Below are positions 34,991 through 44,868 of a DNA stretch of 49,273 nucleotides, piece by piece. This DNA comes from Clostridia bacterium (GTDB taxonomy: Bacteria > Bacillota > Clostridia > Christensenellales > UBA1242). Position 1 is the stretch's first letter; every line of letters starts with the position of its first letter. The notes beneath the pieces were generated by a model. The model made no database searches, was not told where the DNA came from, and worked only from the letters and a program-made list of their open reading frames with translations. Location of the stretch: NCBI GenBank assembly GCA_017452165.1, contig JAFTMY010000035.1, forward strand, positions 1 through 49,273, in the 5' to 3' direction. The position numbers were made by a program, and so were the translations under genes.

Positions 34991-35812
34991 TTAACTAAAA
35001 TAACCGGTTATTGTAACAATAGTTGTTCCGTTTGAGGGAACTGTTATAATAGGTCCTGAAGCAGATGGAATTTGTAATAAATTAGAAGATGAGAGTGTGT
35101 AGTCTGTTCCATTTAAGGTTATTTCCATATTATTTCCAATTTTTAGTTTTACTGATATTACATTAAAACTACTAGGTAATTGGTCAGTTAATGCAGATAC
35201 ATTTGCTGTATTTAATGTGTTATTTGTAAGTGTTAAATAATAATTAAAAGTTTGATTTGGTCTAACATTTGTAACATTAGATGTTTTTGTTAATGAGAAC
35301 TCAACACTGTTTTTTTTTTGAATAGTATGGTTGGCAAAACCTGTTATAGTTCCTGTGCTTGTATATCCAATTCCTTGAACAGTATTTGTTATAAGTGATA
35401 CATTACTTGGAAGGTTAAAGATAACTTGGCATCTATAAGTAAGGGTTATTGTTGCACCAACTGGTAGTTGTTGAAGAGTAAATGTAAGTGGATTAGTTGC
35501 TATTGGTGTTACAGGGTAAGTTTGGGTGCTTGTAGTGAGAGATGCACTAGATAAAACATATGCAAGGTTTCCACCTCCAAGATTATCTATAATTCTAACA
35601 CCTGTTAAATAGTGTGAACTGTTATTGGTAATTGTAATAGTATAGGTAATAATGCTACCTGTTAAAAATTCGTTTGTATTAGATGATTTTGTAATAACAA
35701 GTCCTTGTGATGTTTCGTAGTTAAGCGGAAGCACATTTGAACTCGCTAAATTACTTGTTGTGCCATCAAGTGAATAAATTGCACTAGCACTATTATTGAT
35801 AGTTTCTGACAT
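34991..35812 (-). CDS. DUF11 / 'conserved repeat domain' protein (two repeats), no signal peptide
   Basis: There are two DUF11-like units: IITYTITITNNSSHYLTGVRIIDNLGGG and FNYYLTLTNNTLNTANVSALTDQLPSSF. The protein is T/S/N-rich and all-beta in character. An AGGAGG RBS precedes it. The N-terminus MSETINNSAS has no hydrophobic h-region. Confidence 0.65.
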   Translation of the reverse strand: MSETINNSASAIYSLDGTTSNLASSNVLPLNYETSQGLVITKSSNTNEFLTGSIITYTITITNNSSHYLTGVRIIDNLGGGNLAYVLSSASLTTSTQTYPVTPIATNPLTFTLQQLPVGATITLTYRCQVIFNLPSNVSLITNTVQGIGYTSTGTITGFANHTIQKKNSVEFSLTKTSNVTNVRPNQTFNYYLTLTNNTLNTANVSALTDQLPSSFNVISVKLKIGNNMEITLNGTDYTLSSSNLLQIPSASGPIITVPSNGTTIVTITGYFS

Positions 35813-36021
35813 ATTTTTTCCTCCTGTTTAGTCTAATCTATACTATGAAATATTGATACTTAGTGTTACAATAAATTAATAATATAGAACAAAAATAGTT
35901 TATTAGCAAATATAAATAGTATGTTAAATATATTATTAATATAATTGTTATAAGATAATATTAATAATAATAAAAACGCAAAATTATATAAAATAATTGA
36001 AAAATTATATTAAAAATAAAT

Positions 36022-36056
36022 AAAAACCCCTTATTTTTGTAAAAAAAGGGGTTTTT
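36022..36056 (-). terminator. rho-independent terminator of P9
   Basis: The stem AAAAACCCCTT (36022-36032) pairs with AAGGGGTTTTT (36046-36056). It lies immediately downstream of the P9 stop, with a T-run on the minus strand. Confidence 0.7.
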
Positions 36057-36058
36057 AT

Positions 36059-39000
36059 TTAATTCATTTCATTTTCTTTATTTATGTTTTGTGAATCTTC
36101 ATTTGTCCAAACAATAAATTGTTCAAGGTCACTGTCACCTGAATACATTTGATTTTCTCTTCCGTATTTTGAGTAATCCAATGCTTTAAATAATGTTTTA
36201 GATTCTTTATTGTGTCTATGAAGTTCGGCAGTTAAATCATTTAAGTTCATACCAACATTAATTTGTTTTAATGGACGTTCAGGATGTTTTTTGTTATATG
36301 CTTCAGCAAATGCTTTAGCACCTGCTATAAATTTTTTGTAAATTTCTTTTTTATCATTAACTGATAATTCATCACTAACTTCAACATTATTAAACACACC
36401 AAACTTTTCAATAGGATTAATATAAAGAGTTGATTTAGCAACAATTCTGCCATTATTATTTTTAATAACTAAGTTTTGAACATAAGGGTCAACGATACTT
36501 GCGTGCATAATTCCGTAGCCACCACCTTCAATGTGTGCACAGCAAGAACAAAGTTTTCCAAGTATTAGGTTTTGTGGATCGTTTTTTGCAAGCCACTCAT
36601 AAGAGAATTGATTAAAAGACATTTGAAGTAAGTTTTCAATAGTATCAATTCTTGTTTGAGAGATTGCCTCTACCATTTCATCAATTTTTTCAAATGGGGT
36701 ATCTGTTAATGGTTCGTTTAAAATATGGTCAGGTGTATTATTTCTAATTCTTTCTTGTTCAATTTGAAGTGCTAAATCAAAAGTTTTTTGGTCATGGAAA
36801 TATGGAGAAAGTGCGTCTGCAATATGTTTATTACTTTCATTTACGCCAGCAAATTTGTTATCCATAAAGTAATATAAAAATTTTGAAATAGTTGGTTTTA
36901 GTTGTCTTTGACTTCCACGATTGCTTGTGTTAGTCCTTTGCACATCTTCAAATTCATTGTAGCATCTTGACATAAAACCTTTGCTGAGTCCATCTTCGTT
37001 TAGTAGTTCATCAAATGCATTTAAGAAAAAGTCTGTAAATTCAGGTTTAAAACCATCAGTATTCATATAGATAAAACTATCTCTAAGTTCTGGGAGTGTA
37101 ATCTCTTTTTTTCTAATTTTTTCTAATATTAATCCTACAACTTTTTGTGCATAGTCAACATTTTTGCCATTAACTTGGATAGGTGTAGATACAGCACCAA
37201 GATTGTAGAGCATATTATACATTTCAAATTGTTTTTCTGGAACGTTAGGAATTGGAAGTTGTTTAAAAAATGTAAAGTTATGATTATATAGAAATTCTTG
37301 TATACGAGTTTCAGGTTGCTTGGTAAGGTAAATGTTATAAAAATTACAAATATTAGGATTTTTTTGTTCTTTGAAAAACATTTCTCTTTTGTCATAGTGA
37401 CGAGAAAGAAGAGGTAAATCAATTTTTAATGTGTTAGTAGGGATTGATTTTTGAGTTTGATTACTTGAAAGTTTAAAACCACTTTCACATTTTTCAAAGA
37501 AATTAAAATCATTTCTTGAATATCCAAGTTCTTTTACAGATTCAGGGAAATAAATTTCAGTTAGGCTTGGACAAGAGTCAAAAGCATTTGTTTTCACAGA
37601 TTCAACAGTTTCTGGGATATTGATATCATTTAAACTTGGGCATTTATAAAATGCACCATAACTTATGGTTTTTAATCCTGTATGTAAATCAATTTTTTCG
37701 AGTGAATAACAATTAGAAAAAGCATAGTTTCCAATACTTTTAACTGACTTTGGAATGTTTATTTCTTTAAGTTCTACGCAACCTTGCATCATACCTTTAT
37801 TAATATTTTCAAGAGTTGAAGGAAGTTTGATGTCCTTAAGATAAGAGCAATCAAAAAATGTATAATTTCCACCATCTTTAACTCCTTCAGGGATTTCAAT
37901 TGAAGAAAGAGCAGTTTTTGAAAAAGTATATTCTCCAAACTTTTTTAAATTAGCAGGTAGTTTAACTTTTTCAAGAGATAAGCAAGTATCAAAGCAGTGG
38001 TCTTTGATTTCTTCAATGTTATCTGGAAGAGAAATTTCTTTAAGTTCTATGCATTTTGAAAAGGCATTTTTTCCAATCTCAGTAACAGTTTTTGGAATAT
38101 TAATTGATTTTAAATTTTGACAATTTTCAAATGCGTTATCTCCTATATAAGTAAGAGTTTCAGGTAAAATAAGATTTTCTAAAAATAAGCAATTATTAAA
38201 GGTATAATCTTTTATATATTCCAAGTTTTCTGGGAGTTTAATTTCTTTTAAACTATTACAATTTTTAAAAGCATATTCACCTAAATTATCTAAATTTTTA
38301 GGAAAAACAACTTTTTTAATAGATTCGCACATATTAAATGCAGAATTTTGCACTTTTTTAATGTTTTCAGGTATATCAATAAATTTGGAATTCTTACCAT
38401 TAACACTCAGTTCTTCAAGGCTAAAGCATGAGTCAAAGGCATATTCAGGAATTGTTGTTAAATTTTTTGAAAGAGTAATTTTTTCAAGGTTAGTGCAATC
38501 GCTAAATATGTAACCACCAATTTCAGTAACGCTGTCAGGAATTGTAAATTCTTTAAATGTGCAACCAAAAAATGCACTATCTCCAATAGTTTTTATATTT
38601 TCAGGAATATTAATGGCAGGTAATTTTTTGCAGTTATGAAATATTCTTTTACTTAAACTATTAATCTTTGATGGAATATTGACTGAAACTAATTTTTTGC
38701 AATCAGCAAAAATGCTTTCTCCTAAACTTTCAAGAGTGTCAGGAAGTTTTATGCTTTCAAGGTTTCTACATTCTTCAAAAGCACCTTTTTCAATTGCTTT
38801 TACACTATCAGGAACTATAATATTTTTGAGTTCATAACATCTATAAAAAGCATGGCTTCCAATTGTTTTTATAGTATTAGGTATTTCAATATTTTTAAGT
38901 GATGCACATCTTGAAAAAGTATGCATATTTAATTCAGTTAAACTACTAGGAATATTAACACTTTCAAGACTATGACAATTAAAAAAGGCATTTGCTCCTA

Positions 39001-39295
39001 AGTAATTTAAGTTTTCAGGAAGTTTGATGTTAGTAAGTGATGAGCAGGCAGTAAATGCACTATCTCCAATAAATTCAAGAGACTCAGGAAGATTTATAAC
39101 CGATAAATTTGAACAAGAAGTAAATGCACCTTGTTCAATATATTTAAGTGACTTAGGTAGTTTAATTTCTTTAAGTGAGTGGTTTTGCAAAAATACTCTT
39201 GGGCCAATAGAAACCACACCTTCAGGCACAGTAAAAACACCATTTATTATATCTTTTTCTTCAATTTCAGTTAAGACACCATTTTCAATAACCAT
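36059..39295 (-). CDS. P9: LRR + conserved family C-terminal domain protein (1078 aa)
   Basis: Complete ORF with an AAGGTGA RBS. It has the N-cap MVIENGVLTEIEEKDIINGVFTVPEGV, ~600 aa of LRRs and the C-domain motifs CYNEFEDVQRTNTSNRGSQRQLKPT and ILGKLCSCCAHIEGGGYGIMHASIVDP. Confidence 0.92.
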   Translation of the reverse strand: MVIENGVLTEIEEKDIINGVFTVPEGVVSIGPRVFLQNHSLKEIKLPKSLKYIEQGAFTSCSNLSVINLPESLEFIGDSAFTACSSLTNIKLPENLNYLGANAFFNCHSLESVNIPSSLTELNMHTFSRCASLKNIEIPNTIKTIGSHAFYRCYELKNIIVPDSVKAIEKGAFEECRNLESIKLPDTLESLGESIFADCKKLVSVNIPSKINSLSKRIFHNCKKLPAINIPENIKTIGDSAFFGCTFKEFTIPDSVTEIGGYIFSDCTNLEKITLSKNLTTIPEYAFDSCFSLEELSVNGKNSKFIDIPENIKKVQNSAFNMCESIKKVVFPKNLDNLGEYAFKNCNSLKEIKLPENLEYIKDYTFNNCLFLENLILPETLTYIGDNAFENCQNLKSINIPKTVTEIGKNAFSKCIELKEISLPDNIEEIKDHCFDTCLSLEKVKLPANLKKFGEYTFSKTALSSIEIPEGVKDGGNYTFFDCSYLKDIKLPSTLENINKGMMQGCVELKEINIPKSVKSIGNYAFSNCYSLEKIDLHTGLKTISYGAFYKCPSLNDINIPETVESVKTNAFDSCPSLTEIYFPESVKELGYSRNDFNFFEKCESGFKLSSNQTQKSIPTNTLKIDLPLLSRHYDKREMFFKEQKNPNICNFYNIYLTKQPETRIQEFLYNHNFTFFKQLPIPNVPEKQFEMYNMLYNLGAVSTPIQVNGKNVDYAQKVVGLILEKIRKKEITLPELRDSFIYMNTDGFKPEFTDFFLNAFDELLNEDGLSKGFMSRCYNEFEDVQRTNTSNRGSQRQLKPTISKFLYYFMDNKFAGVNESNKHIADALSPYFHDQKTFDLALQIEQERIRNNTPDHILNEPLTDTPFEKIDEMVEAISQTRIDTIENLLQMSFNQFSYEWLAKNDPQNLILGKLCSCCAHIEGGGYGIMHASIVDPYVQNLVIKNNNGRIVAKSTLYINPIEKFGVFNNVEVSDELSVNDKKEIYKKFIAGAKAFAEAYNKKHPERPLKQINVGMNLNDLTAELHRHNKESKTLFKALDYSKYGRENQMYSGDSDLEQFIVWTNEDSQNINKENEMN

Positions 39296-39325
39296 AAAGT
39301 ATCACCTTAAATTTATAATAAGTAT

Positions 39326-39354
39326 ATTATAAAGTAAATAGTTGAAAATTACAA
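39326..39354 (-). promoter_or_regulatory. sigma-A-type promoter of P9 (TTGTAA-17-TATAAT)
   Basis: On the minus strand, TTGTAA lies at 39354-39349 (context AGTATTGTAA), followed by a 17-nt spacer and TATAAT at 39331-39326. Confidence 0.55.
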
Positions 39355-39415
39355 TACTATTTAGATACAAAAAATAATATAAATATTGATTTGACTCAAT
39401 AACTATGAATTTATT

Positions 39416-39444
39416 TTGACAAAAATTATTAAAATATTTATACT
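39416..39444 (+). promoter_or_regulatory. sigma-A-type promoter (TTGACA-17-TATACT)
   Basis: TTGACA lies at 39416-39421, followed by a 17-nt spacer and TATACT at 39439-39444. It sits upstream of the 39514 CDS. Confidence 0.55.
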
Positions 39445-39513
39445 TAAAAAATAAAACTATGGTTGTATAAGTTTTATAATAATAAAATAAATAAAATAGG
39501 AGGAAAAAAGAAA

Positions 39514-40869
39514 ATGACAAATGCAAAAAGTTTAAAGAAAGCATTACTTGCAAGTGTTATGTCTTTTGTAGTATGTTTTACAATGCTTGTTGGAACAACA
39601 TTTGCTTGGTTTACTGATAGTGTAACTAATAATGTAAACAAAATTGTTTCTGGTAACTTAGATGTTGAACTTCATCATACTAAAAACTATAATGATGATT
39701 CTACTATATATGAAGTTGTTGAAAGTGATACAGAACTTTATGATGAACTTGTTTGGGTTCATGGATTAGATTCGCAAACTGTTACTGCTTGGCAACCAAA
39801 TGCTATGTCAACTGAAGGTTTCAAGATTGAAAACAAGGGAACTTTACCACTTAAGTATAAATTCTCTCTCAATTTTGAAAATGCAACAAAAACTTCAGCA
39901 GGTAAAACTCTTGCTGATATATTAGTAATGTCAGTTGAAGATGTAAACGGCGAAGTAAGTGGTTTAGTAGGAGATACAGTTCTTAAGAACTTTGTATTCG
40001 AAGGAACACTTGATGCTGGTGAAGTTTATGAATTTACAACAAATATTACATGGACACAAAGTGCAAATGACAATGAGTTTAATGTTAATGGTGGCTTATC
40101 AATTGACCTTGGTGTAACACTTGTTGCTACTCAACTTAATGATGCTGCTGAATTTGTTGAAACTGTAAATACAGTAGATGAATTTACAACTGCTATTGCT
40201 AATGGTAAATCAGTTCTTTTAAATAATGATATTGAAATTGATACAATTAACTTAACAAATGTAAATAATGATGTATTTATTGATGCTAATGGTCATACAA
40301 TTACAACAACAAAACCTTACGGAATTGAAATTTCTGCTGGTAAAAATGTTACATTATTAAATGCTAAAATTGAAATGACTTGTGAAGGTAATTATATTAC
40401 CTATGCAAGTGGTTTAAAAATTGCTAATGGTGATTATTCTAATAATACTGTTACATTAAAAGAATGCTCAATTACAATGGCTAATAATGACTGGGCTTAT
40501 GCAGTTAATATGCCAGCTAGTGTATTTAATTTAAATTTAGTTATTGATAATTGTACACTTGAAGGTGCTATTGCTGTTCAATGTTGGGGTGATAATAATA
40601 ATATTAGTATCACAAATAGTAATTTAATTTGCAATTACAATACATCAGCTTACTATACATCATATTGTGTTGTATTACAAAAAGATGGTTCTTTAGTTTC
40701 AGAAAATAACACTTTAACAATTGACAATTGTTCATTTGTGCATACAGGTACAGATAGTATTGGTAATGGTATTATTTCAGTAACTGATCTTGGCGTTAAT
40801 AATAAAGTAACTGTTACAAATTGTGTTTATGGCAATAGTGTTGTGCTTCCAGATGATTCTTGGTTGTAG
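39514..40869 (+). CDS. secreted protein: SipW-dependent-type signal peptide + TasA/camelysin-like N-domain + right-handed beta-helix C-domain
   Basis: The ATG at 39514 follows the AGGAGGAAAAAAG RBS; the ORF-track start at 39463 is upstream of it. The N-terminus MTNAKSLKKALLASVMSFVVCFTMLVGTTFAWFTDSVTNN..SGNLDVEL matches the TasA/CalY-class signal (GGTFAxFxD). The C-terminus has repetitive N/T/I-rich turns (NCTLEGAIAV..ISITNSNLICN..LTIDNCSFVH) typical of PbH1 beta-helices. Confidence 0.75.
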   Translation: MTNAKSLKKALLASVMSFVVCFTMLVGTTFAWFTDSVTNNVNKIVSGNLDVELHHTKNYNDDSTIYEVVESDTELYDELVWVHGLDSQTVTAWQPNAMSTEGFKIENKGTLPLKYKFSLNFENATKTSAGKTLADILVMSVEDVNGEVSGLVGDTVLKNFVFEGTLDAGEVYEFTTNITWTQSANDNEFNVNGGLSIDLGVTLVATQLNDAAEFVETVNTVDEFTTAIANGKSVLLNNDIEIDTINLTNVNNDVFIDANGHTITTTKPYGIEISAGKNVTLLNAKIEMTCEGNYITYASGLKIANGDYSNNTVTLKECSITMANNDWAYAVNMPASVFNLNLVIDNCTLEGAIAVQCWGDNNNISITNSNLICNYNTSAYYTSYCVVLQKDGSLVSENNTLTIDNCSFVHTGTDSIGNGIISVTDLGVNNKVTVTNCVYGNSVVLPDDSWL

Positions 40870-40904
40870 TTTATAAAATATTTATTATTGCAATAATTAT
40901 AAAA

Positions 40905-40936
40905 AAATGAATGCTAATAAGCATTCATTTTTTTGT
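40905..40936. terminator. bidirectional rho-independent terminator
   Basis: The stem AAATGAATGC (40905-40914) pairs with GCATTCATTT (40921-40930). An A-run precedes it and a T-run follows. It lies between the convergent 39514..40869 (+) and P10 (-). Confidence 0.7.
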
Positions 40937-41031
40937 TTGTAAAAATTTAAAAATTACATAATATATACAATAAATATAGAAATTTATATAATAATTGATA
41001 TTTTTATAATAAATTTTGCGTTTTTTATGTA

Positions 41032-44013
41032 TTAAGGCTGTTTTTCAGTATCGTTGGTAGAAATTTGTATACTCTTTTTGTTTTTAGTATTTTTATTATC
41101 TACTTTATAAAGAATATATTGTTCAATAAAACAATCACCTTCATAGAAATTGCCATTTGCTCCATATCTTGAATAATTTATTGATTGTAACAAGTTTTTT
41201 GATACATCATGATTTTCTTCAATATAATCTTTAAGGTCATTAAGTGTCATACCTACATTGATTTGAGTGAGTGGAGTTTCAGGGTGTTCTTTATTATATT
41301 GTTCAACAAATTTTTCAATACCAAGCATATATTTTTCATAAACTTGTTTTTTATATTTTTTTGGTAAATCATTAGAAATTTGAACAGTATTAAACACACC
41401 ATAACCTTCTTGACGATTAATGAATAATGTTGATTTTGCTATAATTTCATTTTTTTCATCTCTAATAACTAAATTTTGGACATTAGGGTCAATAATGCTA
41501 GCACGCATAATTCCATATCCCATACCATCTACATGAGCACAGCAAGAACAAAGTTTTCCCAAAATTAAGTTTTGAGGGTCATTTTTAGCAAGCCACTCAA
41601 AAGTAAATTCATTTTCAGCAGTTTTTGATAAATTATCAAGTGTTTGAGTTTGTATATTTTGAATTTCGCTTGATGATTTGTCTATTGTGCCAAATGGATT
41701 ATCTATAGATGTTACTCTTTCTTCTTTAAGTGGAATGCTTAAAATGTTATCAGGAGAGTTTTTCATTTTACGTTCTTCCATAACACCTACGGCTCTGTCA
41801 AAAATTGTTTGAGCACCAAAAAATGGGGAAACAGTGTTTGCAATTGGTCTAGTTTCTTCTGTTATTCCATCATATCTATTTTCTTCTAAATATTCTTTAA
41901 ATTTTTTAATTGTTGGTTTGAGTTGTCTTTGACTTCCACGATTACTCGTATTTGTCTTTTGAATTTCTTCAAACTTTGCATAACTTCTAGCGATAAAACC
42001 ATATCTGTTTTTTTCTTCTACAATAAAATCATCAAAATTTTCCAAGAAAAAGTCTGTGAACTCTTTTTTAAATCCAAGGACACTCATAGATGAGCCTATG
42101 CTATAAAGGGTATCAAGTCTAACTTTATGTTTATCCAATTTCTCAAGCATTAAACCTGTTACTTTTTGTGCATAATCAATTTTCTTTCCGTTATGCTCAA
42201 TTGGTTTATCAAGCATACCAAGATTGTAGAAAAGTTTAAATGTGTTTAGGTTTTGAATACGATATTTGCCTGCAATTTGCTTAAAGAAAGTAAAGTTATG
42301 TGATTTTAAAAATTCATCTGCTCTTTGTTTTGGTAGTCTACTAAAAAACTCATTGTAAAAAGATGCAACAAATTGATTCTTTTGTTCAGAAAGAAGCATA
42401 TCAACGTTATCCCAATTAGAAGAAAGAACAGATAAGTTGAGATTGATGGAATCCATTTCTTTGCCATTAATCTCTTCTTTTGTTTTAGAAAAAATTAATC
42501 CATCAGATCTTTTTGTAAAATAAGGAAGTGTTACACCATTGTAACAGCCCATAGTTTTAACTGACTTTGGAATAAAAAGGGTAGAGATTGAATAACAATT
42601 TCTAAAAGCATTATCTCCAATTTTTTCAACGGTTTCAGGAAGAATCATTGTTTTTAATTTTACACAGTGGAAAAATGCATCTTCATTAATAGATTTTAAG
42701 CCACTATTGAGTTTTATATTCTCAAGATTTTCACAATTTGAAAATGTTTTAGTATGAATAGTGTCAACACCTTTAGGTATTGTAATATTTTTTATAGTTC
42801 TACAATCCTCAAAAGCGTAACTTCCAATTGCGTTAACTGTGTTTGGAATATTTATATTATCTAAACGATAGCATTTTGAAAAAGCATTACTGCCAATTGA
42901 AGTTAAGCCTTCGATAAGATTAATGTCTTTAAGTTTATTACAGCCACTAAAAGCATATAAATCAATAGACTTGATTGTGTCAGGTAAATGCACACTTTCA
43001 AGAGAATAACAATCCATAAATGTGTAATTTCCAATATTACTTATTGGTCCTTGAATATCAACGATTTTAAGGGCAGGGCAGTCAGTAAAAGCGGAATCTC
43101 GCATAGTTTTTACAGATTTTGGAATTATAACTTTTTTTGCGTTACATTGTTTAAATGCGCCTTTACCAATAAATGATACACCTTCTTCTATTTGTAAATT
43201 TTTAAGATTTAAGCATTTTTGGAAAGCATAGTTGTCAATTGTTTTTACACTTTTTGGTATAGTAATGCCTTTAAGACCAGTTTCTTCAAAAGAGTTTTTA
43301 CCAATCAAAGTAAGGGTTTCAGGGAGTTTTATAACTTTAAGCATTGGGCAATGACCGAATGCTCCATCACTAATAGTTGTTAGGTTTGCAGGAAGTGAGA
43401 CATTTGAAAGATTAGGGCATTTGTAGAAAGTGCAGACATCGATATTTTTTATATTTTTAGGAATTTTTATAGATTTAAGTCCAGTGCATTCCATAAAAGC
43501 GTTTCTACCAATACTTTCAAGAGAGTCGGGTAATGTAATTGTTGCTAAAGACTCACAAGTCTCAAACGTAAAAGGGCTAATTGATTTTAAATTGCTTGGA
43601 AGTTTAACTTTTTTAAGTCCTTCACATCTTGCAAAAGCACGAATACCAATAGATTCTACGCTTTCAGGAATGGATACATTTGCAAGTGAAGAGCAGTTAT
43701 AAAAAACACTACTACCAAGAGATTTTAAACCTTCAGAAAGTTTTAAATTGTATAGATTTGAACAGTTTATAAATGCTTCGGAATCAATTTCTTGAACATT
43801 TGAAGGAATTGTAATTGAATAAATTAAATTACAATTTGCAAACGCTTCTCTTTCAATTTTTTTTACAGAATTTGGAATATTTACACTTTTTAAGCCTTCT
43901 AGACCTTTAAAAACACTATCACCAATAGTGTGCACATTTTCAGGAATATCAAAATGACCATTTACTAGGTCATCTACGCTAACTTTAGTTAAAACACCAT
44001 CAACAATTCTCAT
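41032..44013 (-). CDS. P10: LRR + conserved family C-terminal domain protein
   Basis: The ATG at 44011-44013 gives MRIVDGVLTKVSVDDLVNGHFDIPENV, which matches the family N-cap. The 20-aa ORF-track extension lies in the promoter region. C-domain motifs are YAKFEEIQKTNTSNRGSQRQLKPT and ILGKLCSCCAHVDGMGYGIMRASIIDP. Confidence 0.9.
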   Translation of the reverse strand: MRIVDGVLTKVSVDDLVNGHFDIPENVHTIGDSVFKGLEGLKSVNIPNSVKKIEREAFANCNLIYSITIPSNVQEIDSEAFINCSNLYNLKLSEGLKSLGSSVFYNCSSLANVSIPESVESIGIRAFARCEGLKKVKLPSNLKSISPFTFETCESLATITLPDSLESIGRNAFMECTGLKSIKIPKNIKNIDVCTFYKCPNLSNVSLPANLTTISDGAFGHCPMLKVIKLPETLTLIGKNSFEETGLKGITIPKSVKTIDNYAFQKCLNLKNLQIEEGVSFIGKGAFKQCNAKKVIIPKSVKTMRDSAFTDCPALKIVDIQGPISNIGNYTFMDCYSLESVHLPDTIKSIDLYAFSGCNKLKDINLIEGLTSIGSNAFSKCYRLDNINIPNTVNAIGSYAFEDCRTIKNITIPKGVDTIHTKTFSNCENLENIKLNSGLKSINEDAFFHCVKLKTMILPETVEKIGDNAFRNCYSISTLFIPKSVKTMGCYNGVTLPYFTKRSDGLIFSKTKEEINGKEMDSINLNLSVLSSNWDNVDMLLSEQKNQFVASFYNEFFSRLPKQRADEFLKSHNFTFFKQIAGKYRIQNLNTFKLFYNLGMLDKPIEHNGKKIDYAQKVTGLMLEKLDKHKVRLDTLYSIGSSMSVLGFKKEFTDFFLENFDDFIVEEKNRYGFIARSYAKFEEIQKTNTSNRGSQRQLKPTIKKFKEYLEENRYDGITEETRPIANTVSPFFGAQTIFDRAVGVMEERKMKNSPDNILSIPLKEERVTSIDNPFGTIDKSSSEIQNIQTQTLDNLSKTAENEFTFEWLAKNDPQNLILGKLCSCCAHVDGMGYGIMRASIIDPNVQNLVIRDEKNEIIAKSTLFINRQEGYGVFNTVQISNDLPKKYKKQVYEKYMLGIEKFVEQYNKEHPETPLTQINVGMTLNDLKDYIEENHDVSKNLLQSINYSRYGANGNFYEGDCFIEQYILYKVDNKNTKNKKSIQISTNDTEKQP

Positions 44014-44054
44014 AACTTCGACCCTTTCATAGATATAATATAAAATATAATTAT

Positions 44055-44083
44055 AGTATAATATAATTAACAAAAAATAACAA
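44055..44083 (-). promoter_or_regulatory. sigma-A-type promoter of P10 (TTGTTA-17-TATACT)
   Basis: On the minus strand, TTGTTA lies at 44083-44078 (context GGGTATTGTTATTTTTTG), followed by a 17-nt spacer and TATACT at 44060-44055. Confidence 0.55.
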
Positions 44084-44127
44084 TACCCAATTTTAAATAA
44101 AATTATTTAATTTTAAAAATAATGATA

Positions 44128-44156
44128 TTGACACATGTTTTTATATATGATAATAT
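44128..44156 (+). promoter_or_regulatory. sigma-A-type promoter (TTGACA-17-TAATAT with TGn extension)
   Basis: TTGACA lies at 44128-44133, followed by a 17-nt spacer ending in TGA, then TAATAT at 44151-44156. Confidence 0.55.
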
Positions 44157-44190
44157 GTAAATAATTAATAATATCTTGGAGGATAGTATT

Positions 44191-44802
44191 ATGAGCGAAT
44201 TAAAAAATATTTTCCCAGCAAATTTTAAACTTATTGTTGATAGTGGTAAAGGATACAAATATAATTTTGGAAGAATTAATGATTTTAGTGCAAAAACAGT
44301 TCAAGGCGACAAGGTTATTGCTGAAACAGTTGAACCACTTGATTATAAAAAGAGTCAATTTATTCAAAATGATTATGGTGGTGTCAATGAATATGAATCA
44401 CTAGGTGATTTAGTTTGTGTAGATTTAAATGTGGCAGAGTATGACGATTTTGTTGGTAGTGATTACTTTGATAAAGAAGGTTTTGTAATTTTAGATAAAG
44501 ACTTAAACGTTGCATATAAAAGTAATGAAAATGATTATAGAAGGGCAAATAAAGTTAATAATAAAACAGCAATGCTTAAACTTGTTTATAACTATGGTCC
44601 TTGTGCGCTTGCACATCTTCATTATTCAGTTATGGAAGATGCAAAGTTTAAAGAACTTCTTGGTGCAATTCTTGATAGAAGAGCAGAGAAGATTCAAGAT
44701 AATCCAGAACAAATAAAAGCAGAAGTAGAACAAGTAAAACAAATATTAAAACATTTTGAAAATGAAAAAACTTCACATGAAGCATTTTATAGAGGTTTAT
44801 AA
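44191..44802 (+). CDS. hypothetical protein (203 aa)
   Basis: The ATG at 44191 lies 7 nt after GGAGGA; the ORF-track start at 44176 is a TTG inside the RBS. It has its own promoter and terminator. I recognise no family. Confidence 0.6.
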   Translation: MSELKNIFPANFKLIVDSGKGYKYNFGRINDFSAKTVQGDKVIAETVEPLDYKKSQFIQNDYGGVNEYESLGDLVCVDLNVAEYDDFVGSDYFDKEGFVILDKDLNVAYKSNENDYRRANKVNNKTAMLKLVYNYGPCALAHLHYSVMEDAKFKELLGAILDRRAEKIQDNPEQIKAEVEQVKQILKHFENEKTSHEAFYRGL

Positions 44803-44810
44803 TAAAAGAA

Positions 44811-44840
44811 AAAACACACTAAAATTTAGTGTGTTTTTTG
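44811..44840. terminator. bidirectional rho-independent terminator
   Basis: CACACTAAA (44815-44823) pairs with TTTAGTGTG (44825-44833). An A-run precedes it and a T-run follows. It lies between the convergent 44191..44802 (+) and 44869..45453 (-). Confidence 0.65.
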
Positions 44841-44868
44841 TTGCAAAATAAATAATAATATTAAAAGT

